Virus record (IMG/VR): IMGVR_UViG_3300037467_001931
Span: 1 to 64,000 of that record
DNA from: a virus
Direction: 5' to 3' (one strand)
DNA: 64,000 nucleotides
Below are positions 18,128 to 25,572 of the stretch, piece by piece. Every line of letters begins with the position of its first letter. Position 1 is the stretch's first letter. A model generated the notes under the pieces. It saw only the letters and a program-made list of their open reading frames with translations, searched no databases and had not been told where the DNA came from. The translations under genes were made by a program, and so were the position numbers.

Positions 18128-19177
18128 ATGGGAAACCGAGTTTTATTTATTTTAAAGCGAAGAGAGGATTATGCTCTCGACGTTAGTTACAGCAAAAATG
18201 GTTTATCAACAGGACTATTAAATTCAGCAACATTCGTTAATGATATGCTGAATAAAGATGGGATAGAATCAAAAATAGTTGTTGTCATAGATAATAATGA
18301 TATTGATCGTGAAGTTACAAAATATAAACCAACCCACGTTATTATTGAGGCATTATGGGTTGTTCCTGAGAAGTTTGATATTTTAACTAAGCTTCACCCA
18401 AATGTAAAGTGGATTGTTCGTTTCCATTCTGAAATTCCTTTTCTTTCTAACGAAGGAATTGCAATGGAATGGCTGTTCCAATATATCACCAAGAAGAATG
18501 TATATATTGGAGTAAACAGCACAAGATTTCTAAAAGAATCAAAAAATCTCTTAAATAAAATTGTTGATCAGAATTATATTGATGAGCATGTAATTTTCCT
18601 TCCAAACTATTATCCAACTGGTGAAATCAACTTCCCTTTACCTGATATGTTCACCAGAACGTTTGAAATTGGTTGCTTTGGAGCTATTAGGCCGTTGAAG
18701 AACCATTTAATGCAAGCGGTTGCAGCAATTAAGTTTGCTGATATGCATAGAAGGAAACTTAATTTCCACATCAACGTTGGACGAGTGGAAATGAAAGGTA
18801 AAAACATTTTAAATAATCTTCATTCACTTTTTGCTAATATACAAGATTCTGGTCATCAGTTGGTAGTTCATGATTGGTTAGAACATGATGATTTCCTTGA
18901 ATTGATCTCCTGTATGGACATCTGTATGCAGATTAGCTTCTCAGAAACCTTTAATATTGTTGCTGCGGATTCTATTTCAGTAGGGGTCCCAACTGTTATG
19001 TCTAAAGAAATTCCATGGGCAAGATTTGGAGTTGCAGACCCTACAGATCTCGATGATATCGTCCAAACAATGAATAGAACATGGAAGTATAGGTTCGCGA
19101 ATTCTATCATAAATCAATTGAGCCTCAATTCATACGTCAAAAATTCTGAGAAGGTTTGGCTCAGATATTTTCGATAA
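18128..19177 (+). CDS. GT-B (GT4-like) glycosyltransferase
   Basis: C-terminal sugar-donor motif ISFSETFNIVAADSISVGVPTV (E-x7-E-like). Its start abuts the stop of the preceding ORF. Confidence 0.5.
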   Translation: MGNRVLFILKRREDYALDVSYSKNGLSTGLLNSATFVNDMLNKDGIESKIVVVIDNNDIDREVTKYKPTHVIIEALWVVPEKFDILTKLHPNVKWIVRFHSEIPFLSNEGIAMEWLFQYITKKNVYIGVNSTRFLKESKNLLNKIVDQNYIDEHVIFLPNYYPTGEINFPLPDMFTRTFEIGCFGAIRPLKNHLMQAVAAIKFADMHRRKLNFHINVGRVEMKGKNILNNLHSLFANIQDSGHQLVVHDWLEHDDFLELISCMDICMQISFSETFNIVAADSISVGVPTVMSKEIPWARFGVADPTDLDDIVQTMNRTWKYRFANSIINQLSLNSYVKNSEKVWLRYFR

Positions 19178-19214
19178 AAATAAATTATACTTTTGAAAAA
19201 TGAGGAGGTATAAT
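19176..19214 (+). promoter_or_regulatory. class-B promoter
   Basis: AAAAATAA-ATTATAC (19184-19190)-N17-GTATAAT (19208-19214). Confidence 0.6.
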
Positions 19215-19283
19215 TACAAAATCAATTACCTCTCATCAAAGAAAATTGATAACTAATTTAATAATATTTTGGAGAAATCATAA

Positions 19284-19493
19284 ATGGTAAGTGCAACAAG
19301 TAAGGTACTGAAAGCTCTATTAAGTGGTAAAGTATTAACCCCTGCTCAAATTTCAAAGAAGTTTGGTTTAGACAATCCTCATAATCCAGTTTATCAACTA
19401 TCAGAACGCGGATATTATATCGTACGTCAATATAAGAAGACAAAGCAAGGATATTATACAGTTAAGTATTCAATGCCTCACGCAACAGCTTAA
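19284..19493 (+). CDS. small putative winged-helix DNA-binding protein
   Basis: 69-aa ORF with RBS GGAGA. LTPAQISKKFGLDNPHNPVYQLSERGY is HTH-like. Followed by a strong terminator. Confidence 0.5.
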   Translation: MVSATSKVLKALLSGKVLTPAQISKKFGLDNPHNPVYQLSERGYYIVRQYKKTKQGYYTVKYSMPHATA

Positions 19494-19508
19494 TTTTTTA
19501 TTTTTTCA

Positions 19509-19543
19509 ACAAAGAGGATCCATAATGGATCCTCTTTGTTTTT
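19509..19543 (+). terminator. intrinsic terminator
   Basis: 13-bp stem ACAAAGAGGATCC-ATAAT-GGATCCTCTTTGT followed by TTTTT. Confidence 0.85.
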
Positions 19544-19547
19544 ATGC

Positions 19548-19576
19548 TTTACATTATATAGATTATAAAATATAAT
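19548..19576 (+). promoter_or_regulatory. sigma70-like early promoter TTTACA-N17-TATAAT
   Basis: TTTACA 19548-19553, TATAAT 19571-19576. Leader CCTCC (19578-19582) can pair with SD GGAGG (19603-19607). Confidence 0.65.
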
Positions 19577-19612
19577 GCCTCCATCGATTTTATATAACAA
19601 CGGGAGGTCATT

Positions 19613-20368
19613 ATGAAAGAAATTATTATATCTTTATCTGTGCCATTAGTATTTTTTGTATGTGGTGGAGCTTTTGCTAATAATGTCGATCAAAAATTAT
19701 TGACCAATCTTAAGTACCAAACAAGTTCTAATTCTAGTAGTTGGCACGGTAATGGCCATGGTGGAAATACAGGAGTTAATCCATCAGTAAATAAAGTTCC
19801 AGTTCCCAATGCATTGTTTCTAACTCTTATTGGATTTGTTGGGTTAATTTTTGTTAGGACTAAGAAAAGAATTATTACATTTTTAGCCATCTTACTACTA
19901 ATCGGTGGAACGAGCGTAGCCTTCGCACAAAGCATTCCTCTTATTCCTACTTTAGTTGATCAGGGAATTAACTTATCTGGATCTAATCAGGCTGCTTCAT
20001 CTTCATGGAGTTGGTCAAATTCTAATTCTAATGCAACTGGTGGGGACGCGGTTGCCACCAATATGGGAAACAACCAAAATGTCAATTTCCAATATGGGGG
20101 AGGAACTCATGAAAGAAACGCTCCAGCTGTTTTCATGGGATCATTGTTTCCAACTGCTCCTTGCCAGGGGACCGCTAATGGATTTCTATCAGCATTTGTT
20201 TTTGGTGGAGTTGGTGGTGGTATGTCCTTCACCCTAGAGCAATGTGAAATCAGAGAAGAAGCAAGAGTTGCTTATGGCATTGGTCAACCAGAAATCGCAA
20301 AGGAAATATTATGTATGGCTAAGTATGCCAGCCAAACTAAATTTTGTAAAAAAGAAGAAAGTATTTAA
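19613..20368 (+). CDS. secreted protein with internal PEP-CTERM-like motif and a second signal-like segment
   Basis: Signal peptide MKEIIISLSVPLVFFVCGGAFA, then a G/S/N-rich segment, then VPVPNALFLTLIGFVGLIFVRTKKR (PEP-CTERM-like). Next comes IITFLAILLLIGGTSVAFAQ and a 165-aa Cys-containing domain. Confidence 0.55.
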   Translation: MKEIIISLSVPLVFFVCGGAFANNVDQKLLTNLKYQTSSNSSSWHGNGHGGNTGVNPSVNKVPVPNALFLTLIGFVGLIFVRTKKRIITFLAILLLIGGTSVAFAQSIPLIPTLVDQGINLSGSNQAASSSWSWSNSNSNATGGDAVATNMGNNQNVNFQYGGGTHERNAPAVFMGSLFPTAPCQGTANGFLSAFVFGGVGGGMSFTLEQCEIREEARVAYGIGQPEIAKEILCMAKYASQTKFCKKEESI

Positions 20369-20377
20369 ATAAATCTA

Positions 20378-20406
20378 TTTACTTTAAATAAAATTACCTG
20401 TATAAT
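20378..20406 (+). promoter_or_regulatory. PeSL-type early promoter TTTACT-N17-TATAAT
   Basis: TTTACT 20378-20383, TATAAT 20401-20406. Leader arm TTCTTAAGT (20409-20417) pairs with ACTTAGGAG (20436-20444), which covers the SD. Confidence 0.65.
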
Positions 20407-20451
20407 TATTCTTAAGTTGGTTAATATTTAATTTTACTTAGGAGAAATGAA

Positions 20452-20655
20452 ATGGCAAAGTTAATCAAGTTCGAAGCTACCAAAACCTACGCAACCGCTG
20501 CAAATGCAGTTAAGGCTGTTGAGAAAAAAGGCTGGCCCAATGACTATCGCTACTTCATTTACCGCGACGAAGCCACCGGTCGTTACTATCCGATATTCGT
20601 TGGAGAAAAGGCTCTTCATGCCGGGATTCACTTTCACTTTCACGTTGTTGCTTAA
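20452..20655 (+). CDS. hypothetical protein
   Basis: 67-aa ORF with SD AGGAG. GC visibly higher than surrounding phage DNA. Confidence 0.55.
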   Translation: MAKLIKFEATKTYATAANAVKAVEKKGWPNDYRYFIYRDEATGRYYPIFVGEKALHAGIHFHFHVVA

Positions 20656-20683
20656 TTCTAAAATTTAACCAGGAGATAAAGAA

Positions 20684-21097
20684 ATGGGATTCAATTATTA
20701 TGAAAAAAGAAAGGAACTGAATGCTGAAATTTTGGCTAATATTGGAGATTGTCCAGAACGTGAAGTGGTTTACTATGGGTATAAGGATGGTAAGGCCGCA
20801 GCGTATGCTTCACGTATAGAAGCTGAATCTTATGGTAGTAAATTTATTGAATCGGTGTTGGAAAACAAAGCTGAAATTGATGATTACTGGAAACAGTATC
20901 ATTCGCTCGTGAGCGTTTTGGATAAACAATTTCATGATTATTTGCGAGAAGAATATAGTAACTTAAACGACGAAACATATGCTATTTGTTACTCACAAGC
21001 GTATGAAGATGGTCATTCATCAGGATATGATGAAGTAGAAAACTACATGTCTACTTATGTAGACATGGCAGAAAGAATTATCAAAGCCAACAAGTAA
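20684..21097 (+). CDS. hypothetical protein
   Basis: 137-aa ORF with RBS AGGAGATAAAGAA. Confidence 0.55.
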   Translation: MGFNYYEKRKELNAEILANIGDCPEREVVYYGYKDGKAAAYASRIEAESYGSKFIESVLENKAEIDDYWKQYHSLVSVLDKQFHDYLREEYSNLNDETYAICYSQAYEDGHSSGYDEVENYMSTYVDMAERIIKANK

Positions 21098-21125
21098 TTT
21101 CATTTATAATTAAGGAGAAAACATT

Positions 21126-21248
21126 ATGATATTTTTCAAGGCTCGTTGGGTAGCTCGTAATTTTGCAAATGGTCGTAAAGTAATCGATCTTGGGGTTGGT
21201 GCTAAGTCCCGTTGGGGTGTTAAGGTTTTACAACATAAAATTAATTAA
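21126..21248 (+). CDS. small basic protein (40 aa)
   Basis: ATG preceded by TAAGGAGAAAACATT. MIFFKARWVARNFANGRKVIDLGVGAKSRWGVKVLQHKIN. Confidence 0.45.
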   Translation: MIFFKARWVARNFANGRKVIDLGVGAKSRWGVKVLQHKIN

Positions 21249-21254
21249 AATAGC

Positions 21255-21283
21255 TTTACTTTAATTAAAAATTAGCCTATAAT
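21255..21283 (+). promoter_or_regulatory. PeSL-type early promoter TTTACT-N17-TATAAT
   Basis: TTTACT 21255-21260, TATAAT 21278-21283. Leader ATTCCT (21285-21290) can pair, with a bulge, to GAGGAGAAT (21316-21324). Confidence 0.6.
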
Positions 21284-21327
21284 TATTCCTGTGGTTTAAT
21301 ATTAATTAATTTTTTGAGGAGAATTTT

Positions 21328-22296
21328 ATGGCACATCAGATAGATTTCAGTAATGGTCGGGCAAATATGGCGTTCGTCGGTGATCGGGCAAATATTTGGC
21401 ACGGTCTTGGTCAACAACTCACAGATGAAGCTTCGATAGATGTTTGGAAGGTTGAAGCTGGGATGAACTGGGTGATCGAGAGCTCCCCCATCATCTATGA
21501 CAACGGTGTTCGAGATGGGAATCCATTTCCAATCTATTCTGGGAAGCGAGTACTTTTCAGGTCTGACACGAAAGAAGCTCTTTCCATCGTTTCCAACAAG
21601 TACAATGTAGTTCAACCAGAGGAAGTTCTCGAATTCTTCCGTGATCTTACTGAAGATTTAGGGATGAAAATGAGCACTGCTGGATGCCTCTTCGGTGGTC
21701 GCAAGTTCTGGGCCTTGGCTGACACAGGTCTGGCAGGGAAGGTTCTTGGGGATGATGAAGTTAAGGGATACACTCTTCTCACTTCATCCTGTGATGGTTC
21801 CTCCCCAACGATTGCTCAGTTCACTTCCATTCGGGTGGTGTGCAATAACACTCTGGAGTGGTCTCTTCAAGGATCTTCCAGCAAGAGAGCTTCGGTTCGT
21901 CATCGTCGGGTGTTTTCACCAAGAGACATCAAGGCTTCTCTCGGATTGGTTCATTCTTCTTGGGATGCGTTTATGGATTCCATCACTGTTCTTTCTGAAA
22001 AGAAGGTTACAGATAAAATGGCGAGAAAATTCATCGAAAATCTTCTGGTCAACAAAGGATCAGAAATCACCGATGCTCAGGTGAGAAAGACTGATGCAAT
22101 TTTCGATCTTTTCAAGAACGGAATGGGAGCTGATATGTCTCGGGGAACTCTCTGGGGTGTTGTAAATGGCGTTACCGAATTCGTTGATCATCACTCAGGT
22201 GGTCGAATTGGTGACACGAAACTCTGGAACTCCTGGTATGGGAACGGAGCCACCTTAAAGAATAAGGCATTCGAGAACGCTCTGGCCTTACTCTAA
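21328..22296 (+). CDS. DUF932 / phage-plasmid-like protein (TIGR03299-type)
   Basis: The N-terminus MAHQIDFSNGRANMAFVGDRANIWHGLGQQL and the length fit the DUF932 family as I recall it. The gene is a GC-enriched island. Confidence 0.65.
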   Translation: MAHQIDFSNGRANMAFVGDRANIWHGLGQQLTDEASIDVWKVEAGMNWVIESSPIIYDNGVRDGNPFPIYSGKRVLFRSDTKEALSIVSNKYNVVQPEEVLEFFRDLTEDLGMKMSTAGCLFGGRKFWALADTGLAGKVLGDDEVKGYTLLTSSCDGSSPTIAQFTSIRVVCNNTLEWSLQGSSSKRASVRHRRVFSPRDIKASLGLVHSSWDAFMDSITVLSEKKVTDKMARKFIENLLVNKGSEITDAQVRKTDAIFDLFKNGMGADMSRGTLWGVVNGVTEFVDHHSGGRIGDTKLWNSWYGNGATLKNKAFENALALL

Positions 22297-22304
22297 ACCC
22301 AAAT

Positions 22305-22361
22305 GGGCTTTGAAAGTTATAGTGATATTTCTTTCAAAGTCCATTAATCTTTGAAAGAAAT
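22305..22361 (+). promoter_or_regulatory. mutually exclusive hairpins built from three copies of CTTTGAAAG/CTTTCAAAG
   Basis: GGGCTTTGAAAG (22305-22316) pairs with CTTTCAAAGTCC (22331-22342). Alternatively ATTTCTTTCAAAG (22327-22339) pairs with CTTTGAAAGAAAT (22349-22361). Confidence 0.45.
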
Positions 22362-22364
22362 CTT

Positions 22365-22520
22365 ATGGTTAAAGTAATTAAAAAAGATGGCAACGATTTT
22401 ATAGAATATGTTTGGGAAATAGACGAAACCAAACCAAAGTGTTATAAAGAAGGGAATTCGTATAAATTCAATTCTGTTCTTCTACAAAGAATTAAATTTC
22501 CAAGTAACAATCAAAAATAA
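22365..22520 (+). CDS. possible small ORF (51 aa)
   Basis: ATG directly after the hairpin with no clear SD. MVKVIKKDGNDFIEYVWEIDETKPKCYKEG... Confidence 0.3.
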   Translation: MVKVIKKDGNDFIEYVWEIDETKPKCYKEGNSYKFNSVLLQRIKFPSNNQK

Positions 22521-22551
22521 ATTATACTTCTGATTTTCTTTCCGGTATAAT
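22514..22551 (+). promoter_or_regulatory. class-B promoter
   Basis: AAAAATAA-ATTATAC (22521-22527)-N17-GTATAAT (22545-22551). Upstream of the gp45 operon. Confidence 0.6.
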
Positions 22552-22575
22552 TATTCTTTTAATGAGGATGATTAT

Positions 22576-22803
22576 ATGGAAGAAAATCAAAAGAACTGGG
22601 TTGATCCAAACGTAGAACAAGTCTCGAATATGATGTATTCGAGAATGCTTCATGGATTCAAAAAATATGGTGTTACCACCATGAGGGAAGATATCGACCT
22701 CTTTGGGTGGTTGCAACATCTTCAAGAAGAATTATTGGACGCCGCTATATATATTCAGGCAGCAAAAAACAAAATTATACGTGATCAAATTAAAGAAGTA
22801 TAA
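22576..22803 (+). CDS. hypothetical helical protein
   Basis: 75-aa ORF with RBS GAGGATGATTAT. WLQHLQEELLDAAIYI resembles all-alpha NTP-pyrophosphohydrolase helices (weak). Confidence 0.5.
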   Translation: MEENQKNWVDPNVEQVSNMMYSRMLHGFKKYGVTTMREDIDLFGWLQHLQEELLDAAIYIQAAKNKIIRDQIKEV

Positions 22804-22833
22804 TATAACTTTTAATATTAAGGAAAGGTAATA

Positions 22834-23487
22834 ATGAAAATCAGTAAGGAAACAGTTGGTGTACTAAAGAATTTCGCCTCAATCAATTCAAATTTAATGC
22901 TGAAAGAAGGAAATTATATTTCTTCTATTTCCGTTGGTAAATCACTCGTTGGAAGAGCAAGAATTACAGAAACAATTCCTCAAGATTTTGGCATTTATGA
23001 TGTTCAGGAATTTCTTGGAGTTCTTTCATTATTCGAAGATCCTGAAATTACATTTGAAGATAAATATGTAATTATCAAGCAAGGAAATAGCAGCATTAAG
23101 TATTTTGCTGCTGATGAATCAGTTTTAACCTACCCAAAGAAGTTTCCTCCTCTTGGTGATTCAGAGATTGAATTCAATCTAACTGCAAATGATATTACCG
23201 CAATTCTAAAGACTGCATCAGTTCTAAAGACTTCAGATGTTCGTTTCGTTGGTGATGGTTCTTCATTAAGTGTTGTTGTTGGTAGCAAGAAAACTAATAC
23301 ATCAAATAACTTCACACAAGAACTTGGTGAAACTGATAAGACATTCTGTGTATCAATCAATACTGACAATCTAAAGGTAATTCCACAGGATTTCACAGCG
23401 AGTGTAATTAATCGTCGAATGATCCAATTGAAGTCAGAATCATTAACATATATTATTGCCATTGAAACTGATTCTTCATTTGAGTAA
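22834..23487 (+). CDS. gp45: sliding clamp gp45
   Basis: MKISKETVGVLKNFASINSNLMLKEG versus T4 MKLSKDTTALLKNFATINSGIMLKSG. The C-terminus YIIAIETDSSFE matches T4 YVVALEADSTHDF. Confidence 0.94.
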   Translation: MKISKETVGVLKNFASINSNLMLKEGNYISSISVGKSLVGRARITETIPQDFGIYDVQEFLGVLSLFEDPEITFEDKYVIIKQGNSSIKYFAADESVLTYPKKFPPLGDSEIEFNLTANDITAILKTASVLKTSDVRFVGDGSSLSVVVGSKKTNTSNNFTQELGETDKTFCVSINTDNLKVIPQDFTASVINRRMIQLKSESLTYIIAIETDSSFE

Positions 23488-23488
23488 A

Positions 23489-24436
23489 ATGGATATTAAC
23501 GCAAAAGAATATTTGTGGGTTCAGAAATACAGACCAAGGAAGATATCTGATTGTATTCTCCCAAAAGAAATAAAGAAGATTTTCAATGACTTTGTTTCTT
23601 CTGGGGAGATTCCAAATTTTCTATTGGCTGGAACTGCTGGAACTGGTAAAACAACAATAGCATATGCTCTTTGTGAAGAAATTAAAGCAGACGTTCTTTA
23701 TATAAACGCTTCTTTAGAAAATGGTATTGATATCTTACGTTATAAGATATCACAATTTGCCTCAACAGTTTCTTTTGGTGAAGGTATCAAAGTTGTTATA
23801 CTTGATGAGGCTGATCATCTTAATGCTAATTCAACTCAACCAGCATTAAGAGGGTTCATTGAAGAGTTTTCTTCAAATTGTAGATTTATCTTTACATGTA
23901 ACACACCATCAAGAATTATCGAACCATTACATTCTCGCTGTTGTGTTGTCACTTTTAAAATTCCAAAGGAAGAATCTCAGAAACTTCAAGTACAAATTTT
24001 TAAAAGAATAAATGAAATTCTAGAAAATGAAGGTGTGGAATATGACAAGGCTGTTGTTGCAGAACTTATTCAAAAACATTTTCCAGATTTCCGTAGAACG
24101 ATAAATGAATTACAAAGATACTCAGTTTCGGGAAAAATTGATGAGGGTATTTTTGCAAATTTATCCGAAGATAGTTATGATAAATTAAATTCATATCTAA
24201 AAGAAAAGAAATTTACAGATATGAGAAATTGGGTATCACAGAATATTTCTGGAAATGGTTTAGATATTATTGACAGGTTGTATCAAACTTCATCTGAGGT
24301 TATGATTCCAAATAGTATCCCACAATTAATTATGATCTTAAATGAAGCCCAAAAGAACGCTGCTTTTTGTGCAAACGCAGAGTTAAATATTACAGCTTGT
24401 CTAACAGAAATTATGTCTTCTTGTCAATATAAATAA
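23489..24436 (+). CDS. gp44: clamp loader large subunit gp44
   Basis: Walker A GTAGTGKTT, VVILDEAD, SRC motif HSRC. ATG 23489 lies 1 nt after the gp45 stop; the ORF-track start 23456 overlaps gp45. Confidence 0.93.
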   Translation: MDINAKEYLWVQKYRPRKISDCILPKEIKKIFNDFVSSGEIPNFLLAGTAGTGKTTIAYALCEEIKADVLYINASLENGIDILRYKISQFASTVSFGEGIKVVILDEADHLNANSTQPALRGFIEEFSSNCRFIFTCNTPSRIIEPLHSRCCVVTFKIPKEESQKLQVQIFKRINEILENEGVEYDKAVVAELIQKHFPDFRRTINELQRYSVSGKIDEGIFANLSEDSYDKLNSYLKEKKFTDMRNWVSQNISGNGLDIIDRLYQTSSEVMIPNSIPQLIMILNEAQKNAAFCANAELNITACLTEIMSSCQYK

Positions 24437-24438
24437 TC

Positions 24439-24759
24439 ATGGATATTCAAATTTTTTCAATTCTTTTGTCTTTTATTGCGTTTGGTGTTGGATATTATTA
24501 TGGTTATATCAAAGGTAAAATGTTCGTTATCCAACAAACGAATTATTACTATTCATACGCTGATGACCCAAACGCGATAGAATTTTATATAGAAAAGGTT
24601 AGTGAAGAGTTACTTCTATATGAAAAATTAACAAATAATTTTATAGTAAAATTTACAACATTAGAAGAAACCAAAGAATTTCTTCAGAATAAATATCCTG
24701 GAAAGATTGTTTGGATTAAAAAAGAAAATTTACAAAGTGTAGGATTGGATTTATCATGA
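24439..24759 (+). CDS. hypothetical membrane-anchored protein
   Basis: 106-aa ORF with N-terminal TM IFSILLSFIAFGVGYYYGYI. Confidence 0.5.
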   Translation: MDIQIFSILLSFIAFGVGYYYGYIKGKMFVIQQTNYYYSYADDPNAIEFYIEKVSEELLLYEKLTNNFIVKFTTLEETKEFLQNKYPGKIVWIKKENLQSVGLDLS

Positions 24760-25211
24760 CTGTTATTGCTTGGGATGGAAGAATTTTAGCCGCAGATAAA
24801 CGTATGTCAAATGGTGGCCTCATCAATACCATTACTAAAATATTTCGTTTTGGTGATATTGTTGTTGCTACTTGTGGAAGAGTCGATCAAGGATTATCCA
24901 TGGTTGACTGGGTAAAGAATGGAAGGATCATTGAAAAATTTCCAACCACACAACAACTCAGTAATTTTTCCCCTGCTGCAGTTGTTGAAAATGGAAGATT
25001 GTATGTTTATGAAAGTGCACCATACCCATATTTAATAGAAGATCAATTTTGGGCTGCAGGATCAGGAAGAGATTTTGCTTTAGCTGCCATGTTTCTTGGT
25101 AAAACTGCTATTGAAGCAGTGCAGGTGGCCAGCGCTTTTCAGAACGATTGTGGGAATGGATGTGATTGGTTCGATTTTTCTGGAGTGTTAAATAATGTCG
25201 AATCCGTTTGA
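24756..25211 (+). CDS. proteasome/HslV-like Ntn-hydrolase
   Basis: Thr2 follows the initiator Met (MTVIAWDGRILAADKR...KIFRFGD...), plus AAGSGRDFALAAM. This parallels HslV TTIV...AGDGQ... and IAIGSGGPYAQAAA. Confidence 0.55.
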   Translation: MTVIAWDGRILAADKRMSNGGLINTITKIFRFGDIVVATCGRVDQGLSMVDWVKNGRIIEKFPTTQQLSNFSPAAVVENGRLYVYESAPYPYLIEDQFWAAGSGRDFALAAMFLGKTAIEAVQVASAFQNDCGNGCDWFDFSGVLNNVESV

Positions 25212-25572
25212 TTATATCAATGGAATTAATAATAAGAGTTATAACTTTGATGATTTATCAGTAAAAGATTATAACCCGTTCATGGTTAATATGGGATTTT
25301 CATATTTTCAGGATACAGTTTTATTGGCAAATGTTCTAAATATTTATCCTGAGTGTCCTTATAAGATGCAATATGATTTTCTATATTATTCAGTAACGAA
25401 GAAGAAGAGATTTAGTAAGTGGAGTAAGAAAGAAGAAATTAATGAAGATATCGAAATAATAATGAATTATTTTAATTGTTCGTATGATCGAGCTAAGGAA
25501 ATTAAAGGAATTCTAACGGAAGAACAAATTAAGGAAATTAAAGAAACTCAATTTAAAGGTGGTAAGAAATGA
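25195..25572 (+). CDS. gp62: clamp loader small subunit gp62
   Basis: INGINNKSY...KDYNPFMVNMGFSYFQDTVL...YPEC...KKRFSKWSKK is colinear with T4 gp62 (IGAINNKTK...KDYSKFMVENALSQFPEC...GKRYGKWAK). Confidence 0.8.
   Translation: MSNPFDYINGINNKSYNFDDLSVKDYNPFMVNMGFSYFQDTVLLANVLNIYPECPYKMQYDFLYYSVTKKKRFSKWSKKEEINEDIEIIMNYFNCSYDRAKEIKGILTEEQIKEIKETQFKGGKK

Noticed and set aside
19258-19443. 61-aa minus-strand ORF opposite ORF 19284-19493.
   Set aside because: The plus-strand ORF has a GGAGA RBS, an upstream class-B promoter and a strong downstream terminator. The minus-strand ORF has none of these.
19613-20368. Interpreting the PEP-CTERM-containing ORF as two genes merged by a sequencing frameshift.
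   Set aside because: There is no stop, homopolymer slip site or internal RBS plus ATG at the junction (…RTKKRIITFLA…), so the sequence as given supports one ORF. The possibility is retained as a refutation test in the finding.
21283-22084. Minus-strand 110-aa ORF (21283-21615) and off-frame 129-aa ORF (21695-22084) overlapping the DUF932 gene.
   Set aside because: The elevated G+C of this islet suppresses stop codons in alternative frames. The 322-aa frame has an SD, a promoter and family-like sequence.
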